DNA of 46,664 nt, taken from positions 1 to 46,664 of the forward strand of contig JAEZEY010000228.1 in assembly GCA_023432845.1 (NCBI GenBank), given 5' to 3'. Below are positions 43,444 through 46,664 of the stretch, piece by piece. A model generated the notes under the pieces. It did not search any database and was not told where the DNA came from. It saw nothing but the letters and a program-made list of their open reading frames with translations. The translations under genes were made by a program, and so were the position numbers. Every line of letters starts with the position of its first letter. The stretch's first letter is position 1. Origin of the DNA: Pseudomonadota bacterium (GTDB lineage Bacteria; Pseudomonadota; Alphaproteobacteria; Rhizobiales; Xanthobacteraceae).

Positions 43444-44274
43444 ATGAAAGCCATCCGCACATTCGCCCTCGCCTGTGCCGTATCCGTGGTCGCGCTCAAC
43501 GGCGCGCTGGCGCAAACCTCGAGCGGGGCTCCGTCCAAAGACACCTACGAACCGCACTCGGGTCAGGCGGGCAAGGACGTCGTCTGGGTGCCGACGCCGC
43601 AGGCTCTCGTCGATCGCATGATGAAGATGGCCGGCGTGACCAAGGACGATTATCTGGTTGACCTCGGCTCCGGTGATGGTCGCACCGTCATCACCGCCGC
43701 CAAGCTGGGCGTGCGTGCGCACGGCATCGAATACAACGGCGACCTGGTCGAATTGTCGAAGCGCAATGCACAGGCCGCCGGCGTCGCCGATCGGGCCACG
43801 TTCGAGCAGGCCGACATCTTCGAGTCGAATTTCTCCGACGCCACAGTGGTTACGCTGTTCCTGCTGAAAGCACTGAACCTCAAGCTTCGTCCGACACTCC
43901 TGGACATGAAGCCGGGCACGCGCATCGTTTCCAATACATTCGACATGGGCGACTGGACCCCGGACGACAAGATCGACGCCGGCGGGGACTGCACATCGTG
44001 GTGCACCGCCTTTAAATGGGTCGTTCCGGCGAAAGTTGCTGGCACCTGGAGTTTGGGCGAAGGCGAGCTCAAGTTGACCCAAACCTACCAGATGCTGTCG
44101 GGGACCATAACCACCAACGGCAAATCATTGCCCATCAGTGAAGCCAGGATGGATGGCACGAAGATCACCTTCACCGCTGGCGGCCAGCGCTATACCGGCG
44201 AGGTCGCGGACGGCAAGATGAACGGCCAGACAACCGGCGGCCAAAGCTGGAGCGCGACGCGCAAGGCGATCTGA
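43444..44274 (+). CDS. Class I SAM-dependent methyltransferase with N-terminal signal peptide (FAM173/aKMT-like)
   Basis: MKAIRTFALACAVSVVALNGALA|Q signal; DVVWVPTP, DLGSGDGR, GIEYN, ATVVTLFLL, PGTRIVSNTF; GAGGA RBS. An in-frame ATG at 43417 overlaps the permease stop. Confidence 0.88.
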   Translation: MKAIRTFALACAVSVVALNGALAQTSSGAPSKDTYEPHSGQAGKDVVWVPTPQALVDRMMKMAGVTKDDYLVDLGSGDGRTVITAAKLGVRAHGIEYNGDLVELSKRNAQAAGVADRATFEQADIFESNFSDATVVTLFLLKALNLKLRPTLLDMKPGTRIVSNTFDMGDWTPDDKIDAGGDCTSWCTAFKWVVPAKVAGTWSLGEGELKLTQTYQMLSGTITTNGKSLPISEARMDGTKITFTAGGQRYTGEVADGKMNGQTTGGQSWSATRKAI

Positions 44275-44287
44275 GTTTCGTTTCACC

Positions 44288-44326
44288 AACAAAAGAGGCC
44301 CCGCATGCGGCGGGGCCTCTTGTTTT
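44288..44326. terminator. Bidirectional intrinsic terminator
   Basis: AAGAGGCCCCGC-ATGCG-GCGGGGCCTCTT with A-tract before and T-tract after, between convergent genes. Confidence 0.85.
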
Positions 44327-44341
44327 CCTATCGGAGCCGGC

Positions 44342-45136
44342 TCACACCGCGACTGCCGCCTTGATGTGCGGATGGGGGTCGTAATTTTCGAGCGTGAAAT
44401 CCTCATAGCGGAACGCGAAAATATCTTTCACCTCGGGATTGATGCGCATTGCCGGCAGAGCGCGCGGCGCGCGCGACAATTGCAGTTCGGCCTGCTCGAC
44501 ATGATTGAGATAAAGATGCGTATCGCCGCCGGTCCACACGAAGTCCCCCGGCTTGTAGCCGGTCACCTGCGCCACCATCATCGTCAGCAGCGCGTAGGAG
44601 GCGATGTTGAACGGTACGCCGAGGAACACGTCCGCCGAGCGCTGATAGAGCTGGCAAGATAGCTTGCCGTTGGCGATGTAGAACTGGAACAGGCAGTGAC
44701 ACGGCGGCAGCGCCATCTTGTCGACGTCGGCCGGATTCCATGCCGTGACGATCAGGCGGCGCGAGTCCGGATTGCGCTTGATCATCGCGATGACGTTGGC
44801 GATCTGGTCGATGGTCTGGCCATCCCTGGCCGGCCATGAGCGCCACTGATGACCATAGACCGGACCGAGATCGCCACGCTCGTCCGCCCACTCGTCCCAG
44901 ATGCGCACGCCGTTGTCGTTGAGATATTTGATGTTGGTGTCACCGGCGAGGAACCATAGCAGCTCGTGCACGATCGACTTGAGGTGCAGCTTCTTTGTGG
45001 TGAGCATCGGGAAGCCCTGCCCGAGGTCGAAGCGCATCTGATAGCCGAACACCGAGCGCGTGCCGGTGCCGGTGCGATCGCGTTTCTCCGCGCCAGAGCG
45101 GAGAATGTGGTCCATCAGGTCGAGGTACTGGCGCAT
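44342..45136 (-). CDS. thyA: Thymidylate synthase
   Basis: DRTGTGT, TTKK.H, ELLWFL, GPVYG.QWR, MALPPCH, YQRSAD.FLGVPFN. Confidence 0.98.
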   Translation of the reverse strand: MRQYLDLMDHILRSGAEKRDRTGTGTRSVFGYQMRFDLGQGFPMLTTKKLHLKSIVHELLWFLAGDTNIKYLNDNGVRIWDEWADERGDLGPVYGHQWRSWPARDGQTIDQIANVIAMIKRNPDSRRLIVTAWNPADVDKMALPPCHCLFQFYIANGKLSCQLYQRSADVFLGVPFNIASYALLTMMVAQVTGYKPGDFVWTGGDTHLYLNHVEQAELQLSRAPRALPAMRINPEVKDIFAFRYEDFTLENYDPHPHIKAAVAV

Positions 45137-45299
45137 GGGTGGCTCGGGGATGGTTCGGGCGACTCGGCTCAACATGGTGAAAATTAGCCTGCCCGGCAAC
45201 GCCAAGTCGGCTGTTTTCAACCGCGCCAAGCGCGGGAACTCGCCCCTGCCCGAACCGGCCAACCCATTAACCGTAAAAGTTAATCGGCGTTTTCTAACC

Positions 45300-45314
45300 T
45301 TAACAATCGGTTAA
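45300..45314. promoter_or_regulatory. CtrA-type binding site
   Basis: Exact TTAA-N7-TTAA (TTAACAATCGGTTAA); a related palindrome ATTAAC-N7-GTTAAT lies at 45266-45284. Confidence 0.55.
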
Positions 45315-45399
45315 TTTACTCTGGGTGGCAGGGCGACTGGCCGCCCGCGACGCATTGGGGCCTTTCTGGCGACGAAACGGCCGTTTTCGGGAGTAACTC

Positions 45400-46536
45400 T
45401 TGACCGCGGGTACCCTCCAGCACGGCTCGTCGCATGGCGACGGTCTGGACCTCCGGGCCGAAGGGCATTGGACGGCGGAGCACGCCCGCGACCTGGAGCC
45501 GCTGGCCGACAAACTGACCCACGGTCATGAATCGGTCACCCGCCTCGTTTTCGACGCCACCCGCATCACCAAGCTCGATACTTACGGCGCCTGGCTGATC
45601 GAGCGCACCTTGCGGGTCTGGGCGAGCCGCGGCGCCGACGTCCGCCTGGTCGGCCTGCCGCCGACCTACGGCAATCTGTTCGCGAAGGTCCGCGGCGGCC
45701 AGCAGAAGCTGACGCCGCTCAAACACAAGCAGACCGGCCTCGTCGCCACGCTGGAAAGCGTCGGCCGCACCATGACCGCGGTGTTCTCAGACCTGACCAC
45801 GATCTTCCAGATCGGCGGCCAACTGGTGGTCGCGTTCCTGAGCGTGTGCGCCAATCCCTGGCGCTTCCGCTTCACCGCGCTCATCAATCATCTCGAGCGC
45901 GTGTGCTGGCACGCCGTGCCGATCATCATCCTCATCACGTTCCTGATCGGCGCCATCATCGCGCAGCAGGGCATATTCCACTTCCGCACCTTCGGCGCCG
46001 ACATCTACGTTGTCGACATGGTCGGCGTGCTGGTGCTGCGCGAGCTCGGCGTGCTGATCGTCTGCATCATGATCGCCGGACGCTCGGGCTCGGCCTACAC
46101 CGCCGAACTCGGCTCAATGAAAATGCGCGAGGAAGTCGACGCGCTGCGCACCATGGGCTTCGACCCGGTCGAGGTGCTGGTGCTGCCGCGCATCCTGGCG
46201 CTCATCGTCGCGGTCCCGATCCTGACCTTCATCGGCTCGATGGCCGCGCTCTATGGCGGCGGGCTGGTGTCGTGGCTCTATGGCGGCATCGACCCGAAGA
46301 TCTTCATGTCGCGCCTGCACGAGACGATCAACATGAAGACCTTCGCCGTCGGCATGATCAAGGCGCCGTTCATGGCGCTGGTCATCGGCTTGGTCGCCTG
46401 TATGGAAGGCATGCAGGTGAAAGGCTCGGCGGAATCGCTCGGTGCGAAAACCACCGACTCGGTCGTGAAGTCGATCTTCCTGGTCATCGTCATCGACGGC
46501 CTGTTCGCCGTATTCTTCGCTGCGATCGGGGTCTGA
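45400..46536 (+). CDS. mlaE: MlaE-family ABC permease with N-terminal STAS-like domain
   Basis: LDTYGAW STAS; LRELG, AGRSGSAYTAELGSMK..EEVDAL, TT.SVV; TTG start after GGAG. Confidence 0.92.
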   Translation: MTAGTLQHGSSHGDGLDLRAEGHWTAEHARDLEPLADKLTHGHESVTRLVFDATRITKLDTYGAWLIERTLRVWASRGADVRLVGLPPTYGNLFAKVRGGQQKLTPLKHKQTGLVATLESVGRTMTAVFSDLTTIFQIGGQLVVAFLSVCANPWRFRFTALINHLERVCWHAVPIIILITFLIGAIIAQQGIFHFRTFGADIYVVDMVGVLVLRELGVLIVCIMIAGRSGSAYTAELGSMKMREEVDALRTMGFDPVEVLVLPRILALIVAVPILTFIGSMAALYGGGLVSWLYGGIDPKIFMSRLHETINMKTFAVGMIKAPFMALVIGLVACMEGMQVKGSAESLGAKTTDSVVKSIFLVIVIDGLFAVFFAAIGV

Positions 46537-46538
46537 TC

Positions 46539-46664
46539 ATGGTCCCGCGCGGCGAACCCGTCATCAAGGTGCGCGACCTCAAGGTCGATTTCGCGTCGCG
46601 TCGCGTGCTCAATGGCATCAATCTCGACCTGAAGCGCGGTGAGATCCTCGGCTTTGTCGGCGCC
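46539..46664 (+). CDS. mlaF: MlaF-like ABC ATPase, N-terminus (truncated by window edge)
   Basis: MVPRGEPVIKVRDLKVDFASRRVLNGINLDLKRGEILGFVGA, leading into Walker A. Confidence 0.85.
   Translation, partial: MVPRGEPVIKVRDLKVDFASRRVLNGINLDLKRGEILGFVGA

Noticed and set aside
43444..43476. Lipoprotein signal (FALAC) on the methyltransferase
   Set aside because: Cys11 is too early and the lipobox is non-canonical; SPase I cleavage at ALA|Q fits better.
41974..44274. 766-aa ORF in the track, suggesting a large fusion protein
   Set aside because: The first ~480 aa are an Arg-rich off-frame shadow of the APC permease; only the part from 43417/43444 is the real methyltransferase.

Overview
High-GC alphaproteobacterial chromosomal segment. 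Gene content and order suggest Hyphomicrobiales (Xanthobacteraceae/Nitrobacteraceae-like); this is inference. In order: vasohibin-like transglutaminase-fold protein; benzoyl-CoA (Box) cluster (thioesterase, boxB, boxC, boxR, TrxB-fold FNR, 2Fe-2S ferredoxin; no boxA); manC; tRNA-Lys(CUU); LTXXQ/Spy-like protein; TAXI-TRAP transporter; leuA with a Leu-rich leader; pdxY-phzF-nudix-ppk2; SsuABC/NMT1-like ABC transporter; ilvI-ilvH-lysE-ilvC with an attenuator (ilvI has one in-frame TAG); a MauG-like dihaem/cupredoxin/chemoreceptor module plus a NIT-like chemoreceptor; miaA/serB; TDT transporter insert; hflK-hflC-DUF2065-degP; SDR; folA; GNAT; APC permease plus signal-peptide-bearing SAM methyltransferase; thyA; mlaE-mlaF. 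No CRISPR, integrase, transposase or phage genes were seen. Best candidates for undescribed biology are (1) the APC transporter/exported methyltransferase pair, (2) the MauG-like/amicyanin-like/MCP operon, (3) the bacterial vasohibin-like protease and (4) the BoxA-less Box pathway. All calls come from motif recognition by eye; no database searches were run.
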